64,000 nt of DNA from Lama guanicoe (taxonomy: Eukaryota): NCBI GenBank assembly GCA_013239625.1, contig MU053472.1:2515822-2579821 (forward strand), read 5' to 3'. A model generated the notes under the pieces. It did no database searches, was not told the DNA's origin, and saw only the letters and a list, made by a program, of their open reading frames with translations. Shown one piece after another: positions 51,010 to 64,000 of the stretch. Within the stretch, counting starts at the first letter, position 1. The number at the start of each line of letters is the position of its first letter. Position numbers and translations under genes: made by a program.

Positions 51010-51075
51010 TACACATACATATATATATATGTTAAATATATTACCATATATATATTTTATATATATATATATATA
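51010..51075. repeat. Imperfect (TA)n microsatellite
   Basis: Directly visible. Confidence 0.85.
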
Positions 51076-52939
51076 ATCTTTTTGATATATTACTGATGTC
51101 ATGGAGTTAAGAATCGTTTTGTTAAGAAATGGTACTTAAACCAACTGGATTCCATCTGACTTGCAAACAAGATTTGGGGGCTCAATGAGCATACCAAGTA
51201 AGGAGCATGCATTACTGAAGGTGGCCCCTTTTCATCCGGGTGGTCCACAGGTTACACTGTGCAACTAGATTTAGGAGGTAAATTAAGAGAGTAAAAGGAT
51301 TTCAATATACCAGTTCTCTGCAATGTAGGCAGCATCTCTTTCTTTGAAGCCCAGGACTGAAACCAGATGCTTACTTTATGACTTCCTTCTCTCAAACAAT
51401 AAGATAAGAAGAAAAACATACATAAGTCAGTTAGTGTTATCAGGAAGTGATTATCAGTTTTGCTGAAAACATAACGCCTTTGGGGCTTTGAATGAAAGTA
51501 GTAACTTAAACCACTCCTGGAGTGAATAAATATTCAAAAAGAGTAGTACATAAACTTCGTTTGCCTCAGGCTAACATAAGTGTTTATGACTCTATCATGT
51601 GTTCTTCTTTGGAATATTTCTCTTTCATCTGAAAAGTGATTCTTTCACCTGAATACCCTTTAGGAATCAAATCTAGATACAAAGCAGTGACAGCTTGGAT
51701 CTTGCCCTGTGTATAATGAATCAATTTATGCAACTCCTTTCCGTTAAGAACAGCTCACTAATAGCCAAATGGGCATGGTTTAAATTAACCTGATGTACAA
51801 GGATCCAGTCAAGCTATAAATCTACGGATTATGGTCTCACTATATCTATGTTTTGTAAGAGTCCTTTTAAGAGTGTACATTTTGTAATTAACATTTTAGC
51901 AACATCAGGATGAAAATCACATATAGTGTCTCAAAATACTCTATAAGCTCCTCGGAGCAGGGGCTATGTCTTTCCTACCTTTTTACTCCCAGCACCTGCA
52001 TGCTGGGGTGATTGGAGAGTTGTTCAGTAGCACGTAGAGCTGGATTTATAACAGTAATGGGAGAGTTGGGCAGGAAGAGAAAGATGAAACAATAATGTGG
52101 TACCAGACTTAGCAAATGGGCAGGGACTAAGAGTAAGGAAAATATGGAAAGGACATGAGGGCAAGAATGAAACAAAATTTTGTTCATCCTGAAATATAGT
52201 TATACCTAGGATACGGAAACTAGCAAATTTCCTACGCCCCACTCTTTTATGGGCTCCGTGGATTTCAGGAGTAGTCTGGATCTAGTCAGTGAACCGGAAA
52301 AGAGGGGAGATAGAAGACGGATCGCTATTAATTAAAAATCCATGATTCAGCTGCTTGTGGTGAAGTGAATGTGAAGTGAAGTGAATGTGCTTGTGGTGAA
52401 GCGTATCTAGCTCAACCACAAATTCAGCTGCACAGAGAATGTAAGTTTATTTTCTTATAATATTTAGTTTCTGTTAAAAGCTTCCATTCCATCAAATGTA
52501 TCAATCAGGATATACTATGAAAACAGAAACCACTGTAGATGTTTCAGGAAGGAGGGGATTTAATAAGGGGAATAAGACGCTTATAACTCTTCGGAAAGGG
52601 TTAAGGGAGCAAAGGTCAGGGAGAACCACCAATAACCTGAGGGAATAAGGGAGCTGCAGATGGCTGTTGCATCTCCTCTACCTTCCAAATCTCCCTTGTT
52701 TGTCTTTTCTTGGCTGAATCTAAACAAGGCTGTAAACAGGTGAGTTTGGTAAGTAGTTGCTAGGCTTCTTGCTCCTACAGTACTAGGAAGAGCTGATGAG
52801 AACAGGGAGGACTTTGAGTACAAATATACAGTATCTGGGACGTAATGGAAACTTAATCTCAGCTAACTGGAGGAGCCCCTACATTTTCTTCAGGGTTACT
52901 AATGAGTTTTGTGGCTCATGCAATGTCAAGGCATTGGGG

Positions 52940-53340
52940 TAATGGGTGGAAGCAGTTTTTATGGGGCCTGAAGTTTATACAGTTGGGAGGGACGTCCATT
53001 AAGAAAGAGAACACAAAAAAAAGAAAAGTAAAGGAAAACAATACAAAAAATAAATTAGGTGGCAAACATGAATTTTTACTTAGAATGAGAAATATAACAA
53101 ATTATTGATTTTAAAATGCTGAAAGATATGAAAGTGTAACAAACTACAGAAAAATAACATGGTTTCTATTCATTATCTGAAGTGTTTTTACAGCTTCACA
53201 ATTTGATGTTAGCAATGTCAAGTAACCTTTTAGAATTGTTAAATTTAAGAAACACCTATCAAGTTTCTTTCATGTAACAGGTATTAGATTTGAAATTTTT
53301 CAAGTTGAAAATTTGAAATATTAATTTCAAATAACCTTTG
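52940..53340 (+). mobile_element. hAT-type DNA transposon fragment (MER53/Blackjack-like)
   Basis: tggggcctgaagtttatacagttgggagg...taagaaagagaacacaaa...ttagaatgaga. Confidence 0.5.
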
Positions 53341-53379
53341 GGGGGTATAATTTTATTTTTATTCTCTTATTTTTATCTT

Positions 53380-54025
53380 TCTAGCTTTATTGAGGTATGA
53401 TTTACAAATAAAAACTGCATATATTTAGGTTGTACAATGTGATGATTTAATATTTGTGTGAATTGTGAAATAATTACCACAATTAAGTTAATTAAAACAT
53501 CCATCACTTCAAATAATTACTTTTTTTTTTTTGGTAAGAACACTTAGGATCTACTTTCTTTACAAATTTTAAGTATACAATACAGTATTCTTAACTATAA
53601 CCACCATGCTGTACATCAGATCCCCAGAACATACTCATCTTATAACTGACATTTTATACCCTTTGACCAGCATCTTCCCATTTCCCCCATCCCTCAGCCT
53701 CTGGCAGTGCCGTTCTTCTCTCTGGTTTAATGACTTTGACTTTTCAAGATTTCACATGCACGTGAGATCATACAGTGTTTGTCTTTCTCTGCCTATTTCA
53801 CTTTAGCATAACGTCCTCCAGGTTAATCTCTGTGCCACATATGGCAAGATTTCCTTCTTTTCAATGCTAAACATGTTACATTTGTTTTATATCCATTCAT
53901 CCATGAATGTACACTTAGGTTGTTTCCGTATCTTGGCTTTTGTGAATAATGCTTCAATTAACATGGGAGTGCAGATAGCTCTCTGTGATACTAACACATC
54001 CTTTGGATATATACCCAGAAGTAGA
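53380..54025 (-). mobile_element. L1MA-like 3' end
   Basis: gctttattgaggtatgatttacaaataaaaactgcatatatttagg...tttggatatatacccagaagt. Confidence 0.8.
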
Positions 54026-56605
54026 AGTTAATATATATCATCCTACTCACTCTCCTTCTCCTTCTTTTCACCCATGTCTCTCTCTAACTTGCTCCACCTT
54101 CTCCAGTTGTGTCTTCAGCCACTTACATCTAGGCTGAAAGGTCACAGAGCCCAGGGACCCTAAGTCTCTTTGTGATGATGGCAGTAGATAGGCATGGCAA
54201 AGTCGAGGTATGGCAGGGAAATTAGGGGAGAAGTAGAAACTCTAGACTGAGGGAAAGAGTAGGTACCTTTTTTTTTGCTCTTCTTTCAGAGGCTATTCCC
54301 CAGAGCAGACGCTACATTATGAGGTCCTAGGTGCCCACCTATGCTCTGCAATACAATAAAATTCTGTCATCCTGCCATATCTCTGAGCCCCACTTTCTTC
54401 ACAGCTCCCCTGTGTCTCTTAAGACCCATCCTCCCACTACCAAGAACTCTATTCTTACCTTTAAGATCTCTATCACTCCTGCTCAGTTTTTAAGATTCAA
54501 CTCAAAGGGGATGTCCTCCTCAAATCTTCTACAGTCCCCTCTCCCTATTTCACCTCACCTTTCCCATTTTTTCAGCTATCCCCCTGAATTTCTGGAACAT
54601 ATCATTGATGCTTCTTTTACAGCATTGATCAACTTAAACCTTGTGACATACTTTAAGCTGTTGCCTTCTCTCCTTTGATAGAGGTTGGTGACCATCAGCA
54701 TTCTTTCGGCAGGATCCATGTCAGGTTTAAATCTGTGTCCCCCATGGCACCTAGTACCGTGCCTTTGATGTAGCAGGTGTTCCAAAATGTCCACTGAATC
54801 AACTACGTGGCCGTTGCTCCACTACAACTCCCACTCTCCTGAAGTCTGGGGCCCTGTAAGTGCTCATTGCAAATCCCTCGCCTACTTGGAAGCCTCTCTC
54901 TCTTCCTTTCCTCCCTTTCTCTGTTCTTTCCATCTACCACAATGGTCATCTCTCACCCTTGCTTCCCTGCCCCATCTCCTAGTTAATCCCACACAACACT
55001 TCTTCAGAGATGTGCCCTTCTGGCAGCTGCTCATCTCCCTTTCTGCCTCCTGCTCTTCCCGATATTTACATTCGTAACTCAACTACTACAGACTGCCCTG
55101 GAGGCTCACTCTAACCAGATTTCACCTGTTCAAAAAAAGAAAGGCAAGCAGGCCTCAACGTACAACTTGCTCCCAGTCTCACCCAGACCTGGGGAGGAAT
55201 CTTCCTGGAACTGAGCCCAACATTAATAACATGGTGAAAAAGGGAGATGAGAGTAGCACCTGCTTTATAATCATGGTGCATTAGCCTTTTATGTAAGTAG
55301 TTTTTCTTGTGGGAAACAAGATCTAACTTGTTCTAGTTATAAATCCATTATTATAAGCCAGGTTCTACTGTAATATTTACCCATCTCCTGATCTCAAAAT
55401 ACTAAACTTGAAAGAAGAAAATATGCCTCTGAGGACTAATACTATCAGTTTGAATTTTTCTAACCAGGGCTTAAAACACAGACACACACACAGACAGGCA
55501 GTTTTTTAGAGAAATTTTTCTAACCATGACTCTGTGCTGTTATTAGAATGAAGGTATATCTGCCACATCCTACCGGCAAGACTCTTGGGCTTAGAGAGGT
55601 TTGCTGATGAGTTCCAGGGCTTAACAGCAAGAAATAGAATCTGGCTAGAAGATAACTTTGTATAGTAAATGAACTTCTGTTGAACTCTCATCTCTCAGTT
55701 TCTTATACATGACACTTAAATTTCCATTTTTTTTCTTTCCTAGAAGGAAAATTTTCATTAGACAATGTGATGTATGGTATAAGCAGTTATAATGAAAATT
55801 GACACTAGTAGTTGTCTACCCCAAATATATTCTCTCCTTCCTTACTAACAGAACTCCTATATTATTGGACGTATCAATGTATGCAGCTTAAAAAAACACC
55901 TTCACTTAAAAACTGTGTGGCCTCATGACTAAATTCTGGACAACTAGATAAAAGCAGAAATGTGATGAGGGACCTGTGGACAGACTCCTTAAAGGTGAAC
56001 TTAGTCATTTGGGAGGTAGAGGTCTTTTGCCTTTCCTCTTTTTCCTATCTGGAATGTGGATGTGATGGTTGGATTTCCCAATAGCCATCTTGGCCCATCA
56101 CTAGCTACGTACTAGAATGGTGTATCTGTAAAACAGAAATAGTGTTATCTGGTAACTATGGAGCTGCCAAATCTGCCCTAAATATCTCCTTCTGAAACTC
56201 TTTCATGTGCAAAAGAAGGAAACTGCTTTATTTAGGCCATTGTCATTTTGAATTTCTAATTAGGTACAGATGAGTCTAATCATAACTGACAAAATAAACA
56301 AATGGAGTAACATAGTGTATTGAATTCTAAATAGACAAATTAGAATTTACCTAAATATTTTTCTTCTCAAATACATTATTAAATGACTGCAAGCCAATCT
56401 ATTTTAATTTATAAATAATGTCCTTTACCTTTGAGGGTGCAGTGACTGTAAAGAGGCACAAGGAAGGTCGCGCGATGCTGATAAAGTTTGTTTCTTGATT
56501 GGCTGTGTTCAGTTTGTGAAAATGCATTGAGTTGTACTTGAGATATGTACCCTTCTCTGTATATATTTTGTATATCAATTAAAGTTTAAAAATACATTCA
56601 CTGTA

Positions 56606-57633
56606 TGATGTGACTGACAGGGCCTAATTTCCAGACTATATAAGCAGCTCATACAACTTAGTAACGAAAAAACAAACAACCCAATTCAAAAATGGAAAGA
56701 CCTAAACAAGCAATTCTCCAATGAAGACATACAAATGGCCAATGGGCACATGACAATAGCTCAATATTGCTAATTATCAGAGACATGCAAGTCAAAACTA
56801 TTATGAGATATCAACTCACATCAGTCAGAATGGCCATCATTAAAAAGCCCACAAATGATAAATGCTGGAAAGAGTGTAGAGAAAAAGGAATTCTCCTACA
56901 CTGTTGGTGGGAATGTAGTTTGGCGCAGCCATTATGGAAAACAGTATGGAGATTTCTCAAAAGACTAAAAATAGACTTACCATATGATCCAGCATTCCCA
57001 CTCTTGGACATATATCCAGAGGGAACTCTAATTCAAAAAGATACATGCACCCCAATGTTCATAGCAGCACTATATACAGTAGCCAAGACATGGAAACAAC
57101 CTAAATGACCATTAACTGGATAAAGAATTTGTGGTAAATTTATACAATGGAATACTACTCAGCCATAAAAAATAAAATAACGCCATTTGCAGCAACTTGG
57201 ATGGACCTCAAGACTGTCATTCTAAGTGAAGCAAACCAGAAAGAGAAAGAAAAATACCATAAACCATATATCTATATGGAATCTGAAAAGAAAAGAAGAC
57301 ACAAATGAACTTATCCACAAAACAGAAACAGACTCACAGACATAGTAAACAAACTTACGGTTAATCCAGGGAAAGGGGATGGAAGGGATAAATTGGGAGT
57401 TTGAGATCTACAAATACTAACTACTACATACAAAATAGATAAACAACAAGTTTCTTCTGTATAGCACAGAGAACTATAGTCAATACTTTGCAGTAACCTA
57501 TAATGAAAAAGAATATGAAAACAAACACATGTATGTACATGTATGACTGAAACATTATGCTGTACACCAGAAACTGACACATTGTAAACTGACTCTACTT
57601 CAATTAAAAAATAATAATAAATTAAAAAAAATT
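56606..57633 (+). mobile_element. Young 5'-truncated L1 (end of ORF2 plus 3'UTR)
   Basis: ORF 56767..57108 is the L1 ORF2 C-terminal region (HCWWEC...[10 protein letters not shown]...TPMFIAAL). TSD aaaatacattcactgta (56589-56605) / aaaatacatccattgta (57634-57650) at a TT/AAAA site. Confidence 0.92.
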
Positions 57634-60600
57634 AAAATACATCCATTGTAAATTTGTCTTTTTGAGTGGAATTACTAACCAGTTTAGCTACAATTAGAGA
57701 TTTTTAAAAGGTTAAGTCCTCAGAGAATTGTGAAGATTAAATGAAATAATAAATGTAAATTACACAGTTTTAACATATTGAGTCACACATCCATGAAAAT
57801 TTTTGGAGAACCTATTAGGCACTGGACACCCAGGGTCAGCCATTACTATTAGCCGTAATTTAACTGTCTGCTAATCTGTGTTCCTCTCATAGACTGTAAG
57901 CTTCATGGGGACACGGACTGTATCTGTTTTGTTCATGTTATACACACAGTTGTTTAACACAGTACCAGGCAAATAGTGGCTCGTAATGGAATGAATAACT
58001 GAGTGGATATACTATAGGTCAAATAACCTCTTGTGGACCACTAAGAGAATGTATTTCAGTTTCAAACTGACTTAGAAGTGATCTTTTTGAATTCATTTGT
58101 AAATTAAGGGCAATCTAGGGCTCTTTAGCATCAGTATCAAATCAAGAACTACAAGTAAAACTTCAGGCAATTCTTTTAATGCTTCACCAATTATGTAGTC
58201 CAAAACATAAGAGGGTGAAAATCATAATGCAATTATCACAAGAAACCATCAAAAGCTCTTAGCTACACTAGTTAAAAAGAGTGGAACAGATTAACTTCTT
58301 GATATCATAAAGAAAATGCAAACACTATGACTAACACATACCATATCAAAATAGAACATTTTCATTGCATGGCAAGAAAGAAAATGCATCTGTGTTTCAA
58401 GCAAAGTACAAAATTAAAAATGTGAGCAACTGGAAAATGGCAGCCTATAGAAATTCTCTTAAAATACAGCAAATGTATGACTATAAATTTTCTATGTAAT
58501 TTAGAATATGCTCCCTGATGGTTTTAAAAACTGTCTGCATTTCAAAATAAGAAAAATATCAATCTGACATCTGTAGGAGACCCACTTTTGGGGTGCATAC
58601 CCAGCCCACAGTCCTTTCTGTGAAAACTGCCTCCTTGACAAAAGGGTCAGCCTACACAGCCATTTTTGTCATGTAACGGTCCAGCCATAGCTTATTGGAC
58701 AATTGGAGAACTCTTGACCAAAGCTGAACCAACTGGAATCTTTCTCCTGAGAATCTAAATTAGTAGGCGCTGAGTCTGTAGTGGGCTCCAGAATTGAAGG
58801 TCACCTAGAGATGGGGCTGAGGTTTGCAGCATTAGCCTAGAAGACTTGTCCCAAGGGTATCCAAAGTTTCACAAAAGCCAAAATTATTAGGGAGCAGAAA
58901 TTACACGTAAGTAATGGAAGGCTATCTGAACAAAAAAGGAAAATGGAATATTTATGTCAAAAAGTGCAGAGGCAAGGCACATGGGTAGGGTGCGGGGTAA
59001 GGGAATAAACTCTGTTTCTGAATTTTCAGTTCCCATGAAGTCTGTCTAACTTTGTTTCTTGCTTTTTTTTAATTATTAAAGTAATCAACTAACACCCTGT
59101 CCCCACCCAGTGTCCCCAACCTTATTTTTTATTTGAACAAATATTTCTTCAGTACCAACTTACCATATGATCCAGCATTCCCACTCTTGGACATATATCC
59201 AGAGGGAACTCTAATTCAAAAAGATACATGCACCCCAATGTTCATAGCAGCACTATATACAGTAGCCAAGACATGGAAACAACCTAAATGACCATTAACT
59301 GGATAAAGAATTTGTGGTAAATTTATACAATGGAATACTACTCAGCCATAAAAAATAAAATAACGCCATTTGCAGCAACTTGGATGGACCTCAAGACTGT
59401 CATTCTAAGTGAAGCAAACCAGAAAGAGAAAGAAAAATACCATATATCACTCATATATGGAATCTGAAAAGAAAAGAAGACACAAATGAACTTATCCACA
59501 AAACAGAAACAGACTCACAGACATAGTAAACAAACTTACGGTTAATCCAGGGAAAGGGGATGGAAGGGATAAATTGGGAGTTTGAGATCTACAAATACTA
59601 ACTACTACATACAAAATAGATAAACAACAAGTTTCTTCTGTATAGCACAGAGAACTATAGTCAATACTTTGCAGTAACCTATAATGAAAAAGAATATGAA
59701 AACAAACACATGTATGTACATGTATGACTGAAACATTATGCTGTACACCAGAAACTGACACATTGTAAACTGACTCTACTTCAATTAAAAAATAATAATA
59801 AATTAAAAAAAATTAAAATACATCCATTGTAAATTTGTCTTTTTGAGTGGAATTACTAACCAGTTTAGCTACAATTAGAGATTTTTAAAAGGTTAAGTCC
59901 TCAGAGAATTGTGAAGATTAAATGAAATAATAAATGTAAATTACACAGTTTTAACATATTGAGTCACACATCCATGAAAATTTTTGGAGAACCTATTAGG
60001 CACTGGACACCCAGGGTCAGCCATTACTATTAGCCGTAATTTAACTGTCTGCTAATCTGTGTTCCTCTCATAGACTGTAAGCTTCATGGGGACACGGACT
60101 GTATCTGTTTTGTTCATGTTATACACACAGTTGTTTAACACAGTACCAGGCAAATAGTGGCTCGTAATGGAATGAATAACTGAGTGGATATACTATAGGT
60201 CAAATAACCTCTTGTGGACCACTAAGAGAATGTATTTCAGTTTCAAACTGACTTAGAAGTGATCTTTTTGAATTCATTTGTAAATTAAGGGCAATCTAGG
60301 GCTCTTTAGCATCAGTATCAAATCAAGAACTACAAGTAAAACTTCAGGCAATTCTTTTAATGCTTCACCAATTATGTAGTCCAAAACATAAGAGGGTGAA
60401 AATCATAATGCAATTATCACAAGAAACCATCAAAAGCTCTTAGCTACACTAGTTAAAAAGAGTGGAACAGATTAACTTCTTGATATCATAAAGAAAATGC
60501 AAACACTATGACTAACACATACCATATCAAAATAGAACATTTTCATTGCATGGCAAGAAAGAAAATGCATCTGTGTTTCAAGCAAAGTACAAAATTAAAA

Positions 60601-61337
60601 ATGTGAGCAACTGGAAAATGGCAGCCTATAGAAATTCTCTTAAAATACAGCAAATGTATGACTATAAATTTTCTATGTAATTTAGAATATGCTCCCTGAT
60701 GGTTTTAAAAACTGTCTGCATTTCAAAATAAGAAAAATATCAATCTGACATCTGTAGGAGACCCACTTTTGGGGTGCATACCCAGCCCACAGTCCTTTCT
60801 GTGAAAACTGCCTCCTTGACAAAAGGGTCAGCCTACACAGCCATTTTTGTCATGTAACGGTCCAGCCATAGCTTATTGGACAATTGGAGAACTCTTGACC
60901 AAAGCTGAACCAACTGGAATCTTTCTCCTGAGAATCTAAATTAGTAGGCGCTGAGTCTGTAGTGGGCTCCAGAATTGAAGGTCACCTAGAGATGGGGCTG
61001 AGGTTTGCAGCATTAGCCTAGAAGACTTGTCCCAAGGGTATCCAAAGTTTCACAAAAGCCAAAATTATTAGGGAGCAGAAATTACACGTAAGTAATGGAA
61101 GGCTATCTGAACAAAAAAGGAAAATGGAATATTTATGTCAAAAAGTGCAGAGGCAAGGCACATGGGTAGGGTGCGGGGTAAGGGAATAAACTCTGTTTCT
61201 GAATTTTCAGTTCCCATGAAGTCTGTCTAACTTTGTTTCTTGCTTTTTTTTAATTATTAAAGTAATCAACTAACACCCTGTCCCCACCCAGTGTCCCCAA
61301 CCTTATTTTTTATTTGAACAAATATTTCTTCAGTACC
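56975..61337 (+). repeat. Direct tandem duplication, about 2.18 kb x 2 (56975-59156 and 59158-61337)
   Basis: Identical ORFs at 57311 and 59492 (offset 2181). Spot checks identical apart from one patch at 57261-57272 versus 59444-59453. Confidence 0.95.
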
Positions 61338-61976
61338 TATCATCTGTCAGACACTGTTCTTTGTACCAAGCATACAGGAGTAAATAAAAGGGGGAGGGGA
61401 ATGAAGTTATGGGGATCAAGTGGGATCATTATAATGAACATGTAAATGGAGAATTATAACACAGGGCAGTAAATGCAATGACAGAGATGAACGCCCTAGA
61501 ATATCTTACTAGGCTTAGGGTGAGTCTCACTCAACATTTTATACATTCGAAATAGTTTGTTTTGTACCTTGCAACCAAAACAACAACAACAAAAATACCC
61601 TGCTTGAACATCTAATTTATATTGTTCGCCCCCCTCCCTCACCCTCAGCGAGTGGCTAAGAATGTGCACAGCCTTACCTAGGTTACAATTTAGGCTCCAC
61701 CACTCACTAGTACATGACCTAGCACGTACTACAGAACCTCCGTGTGCACCAGGGTTTTCTCTTACTTCATGGGGTCGCTGTGAAGGCTCAGTGGGTAATC
61801 TGTATGTAGAGCTTTAGAAGTATGCCTAATATTTGGTAAGTAATCAACAATAGTTAGTTACCATGATTGTTGCTGCTGCTGTTATGTTAATCATGTGTTT
61901 GTTAAAATTTTAAAGTTACAATTTTAAGAAGTGTCAGCTGGGAGAGGCGAGGTAGCAGTATTTGTAGGTCGGGGGT

Positions 61977-62024
61977 AGAGAGAGAGAGAGAGTGTGTGTG
62001 TGTCTGTGTGTGTGTGTGTGTGTG
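61977..62024. repeat. Compound (AG)n(TG)n microsatellite
   Basis: Directly visible. Confidence 0.95.
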
Positions 62025-64000
62025 TTTTGGATGTGCTGTCATTGATGAATAATCTCATCTAATTTTATTTCTTGGAGGGAAATCTTAACTTCAGCTTTAG
62101 GGGTGCCCTGTAGTCATCCCCAATATGAAAGATCATGTTAACCATTTAAATGTAACTTTATTCTACTTAAAATTACTATGTGCTTTTGGCCACAATAAAA
62201 TGAACTAATACTCCCTAAGACGGGTTGAGTCTAAAATTGTCTTCTTCCCATCTTCTTGGAATCCTTGCTATCTGGATTATCTCCAGAGGGGCAACTGCTT
62301 AAAGCTTTGATTCGTCTACACGAATGAGAGTGCTTGGCACTTAAGTACGCTTTAATAGCTATCACTCTACAGAGCAGATGTTTGTGTGTTTCGTGGGTAT
62401 CATAAATATTAAGAACGATGTTATATGGTTTGGAAAGCACTTGCCATTAATTGTTAATGCTCACTATGTGGATGAGAGAGGGAGATTCCTTGAGGGAAAA
62501 ATCAAGATAGATATTTATGTCTAACATTACTGTATTTCATTTTCAGGGCTGAGGCTGGAGAGAATTAGTCTCTGATTTCTTGTATATCATACGAAAGTGA
62601 ATGTAATGCCTGAGTGTTCCTTGTTCCTTACAGCTCCATAGTGAGATAAGTAATATGTGACTATAACAGGAAGAATGGTAGAAGGAGAAGGCAGAGGTGG
62701 ATTCAAAGGTCAGTTTCATCTTTTCCTGGCACAGTGATCATGAACTTACTTAACCTTTCTGAATTTAGTTGTTTAACCTATAAAAGAGACTAATAATATC
62801 TACCTCATAGGGTTGTTATGTTAATTTAAGAAAAGAGATGTGTGTAAAGATCCTAGGTCAGTTAATTTTGTTTTGTATCAAATTAGAGACGGTAAGTACT
62901 TGGTGTAGACTATGCACAAAAAAGGGCCAACGGGTAACTAAATTCTTTGAATTTTTGGCAACTGAGGATTGTTCAGAGTTTCTGATCATTGTATAGAAGG
63001 CTCTGCCCAGTGAGACTTCAGATTCTTCATTGATGTCCCACATGCAGTCTGAGTACCTGTTGATCATTACCAGCTGCCTACGGCATTTATTCATTCATTT
63101 ATTGAGGGCTCACCAGGCATCATGAAGATAATATGGTCTCTGAGCTAAGCAAGCTCATAATCTAGTAGAGGACAAAGACACAAAAGCAATTACAATATCA
63201 TGTGGTAAGTATCACCCCTAATCAAGGCAAGGTAGAGGACTGTGGAAGGCCCAAGCGAGCACACAGTTCTGTTCAGTTGAGGGACACAGCTGTACTAAGG
63301 AATGAGAGACTGAAGTACCTGTCTAGGCACCAGTGCATATAGGATGCCACAAAACCCAGAAGTGGGTTTTTGTACAGAAGTCGTTACCTTCCTGGTGAAA
63401 GATAATCTGGTTTTGCTTCCACCCAAGACAATGCTCTCATGTGGAAATTCAAGAAAAACCAAAGATCTCCTCTCTAAAGCTGACCTATGTCTGTTGATTA
63501 GTTTTGCCATGAGCAGCTGCAGATGAAGCCGACTGAAATTCTGAAATCAAATCATGCATAGCACCAAGCTGTTTTTTCTGGAATGAATTTTAAATTGTCG
63601 AACAAAGCCTAAATTTTAAATTCTTTGGTATGTCTCCCAAGTAGTCTGATTCAGTAAATTGCAAAAGAAAACAGAAATGAGAGCAAGAATTACAGAAAAA
63701 TGAGACTTCTTTTTTCCAGAACACTGACTCTACTTTAGCCAGTGGAAGTGGCTGAATCTCTCTCTTTTTTTTAATATAATAATTAAAATACTGGTTTCTC
63801 CCTAGCCCTACCTAATAGAGGTCAAATAAGTGTTTTAAGTGTATTGTTTTAAAGAGGCACCAAATTATTAGTTTGTCTGGGATATGTTTGTGTCTCCATC
63901 TTTCCCTGGAAGAGGAATGGAATAGGAAAGGCATCACAGAGGAGATGGCTTGTGGCAACCTCCAGGGATGAAATTTATCTGGGAGGAGGAAGTAGAGAAC

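Noticed and set aside
56767..57108. 113-aa ORF (and the similar ORF at 46089..46472) as host genes
   Set aside because: These are L1 ORF2 C-terminal fragments within truncated insertions.

Overview
Mammalian genomic DNA, almost certainly a camelid (Vic-1-type tRNA-derived SINE at 30697-30813). The first 13 kb holds the 5' end of MED13 on the minus strand: coding exons 1-3 with GT-AG junctions, a CpG-island promoter with a 16-N gap, and two short uORFs immediately before the start codon. The remaining ~51 kb is upstream intergenic sequence, mostly familiar repeats (L1, L2, MIR, MaLR/ERVL LTRs, hAT and Tigger MITEs), plus a near-identical 2.18 kb tandem duplication (56975-61337) that may be an assembly artefact. 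The most unusual signal is at ~25.7-42 kb. Manual frameshift-tolerant translation shows a cluster of heavily decayed Ty3/Gypsy coding remnants on both strands. At least two look sushi-like (chromovirus), and together they cover gag knuckle, protease, RT, RNase H, integrase and probable chromodomain motifs in canonical order. They are interrupted or bounded by MIR, L2, old L1 and MLT insertions, which implies great age. These are by-eye alignments to remembered consensus motifs and need HMM/tBLASTn confirmation. Repeat subfamily names and most repeat boundaries are approximate.
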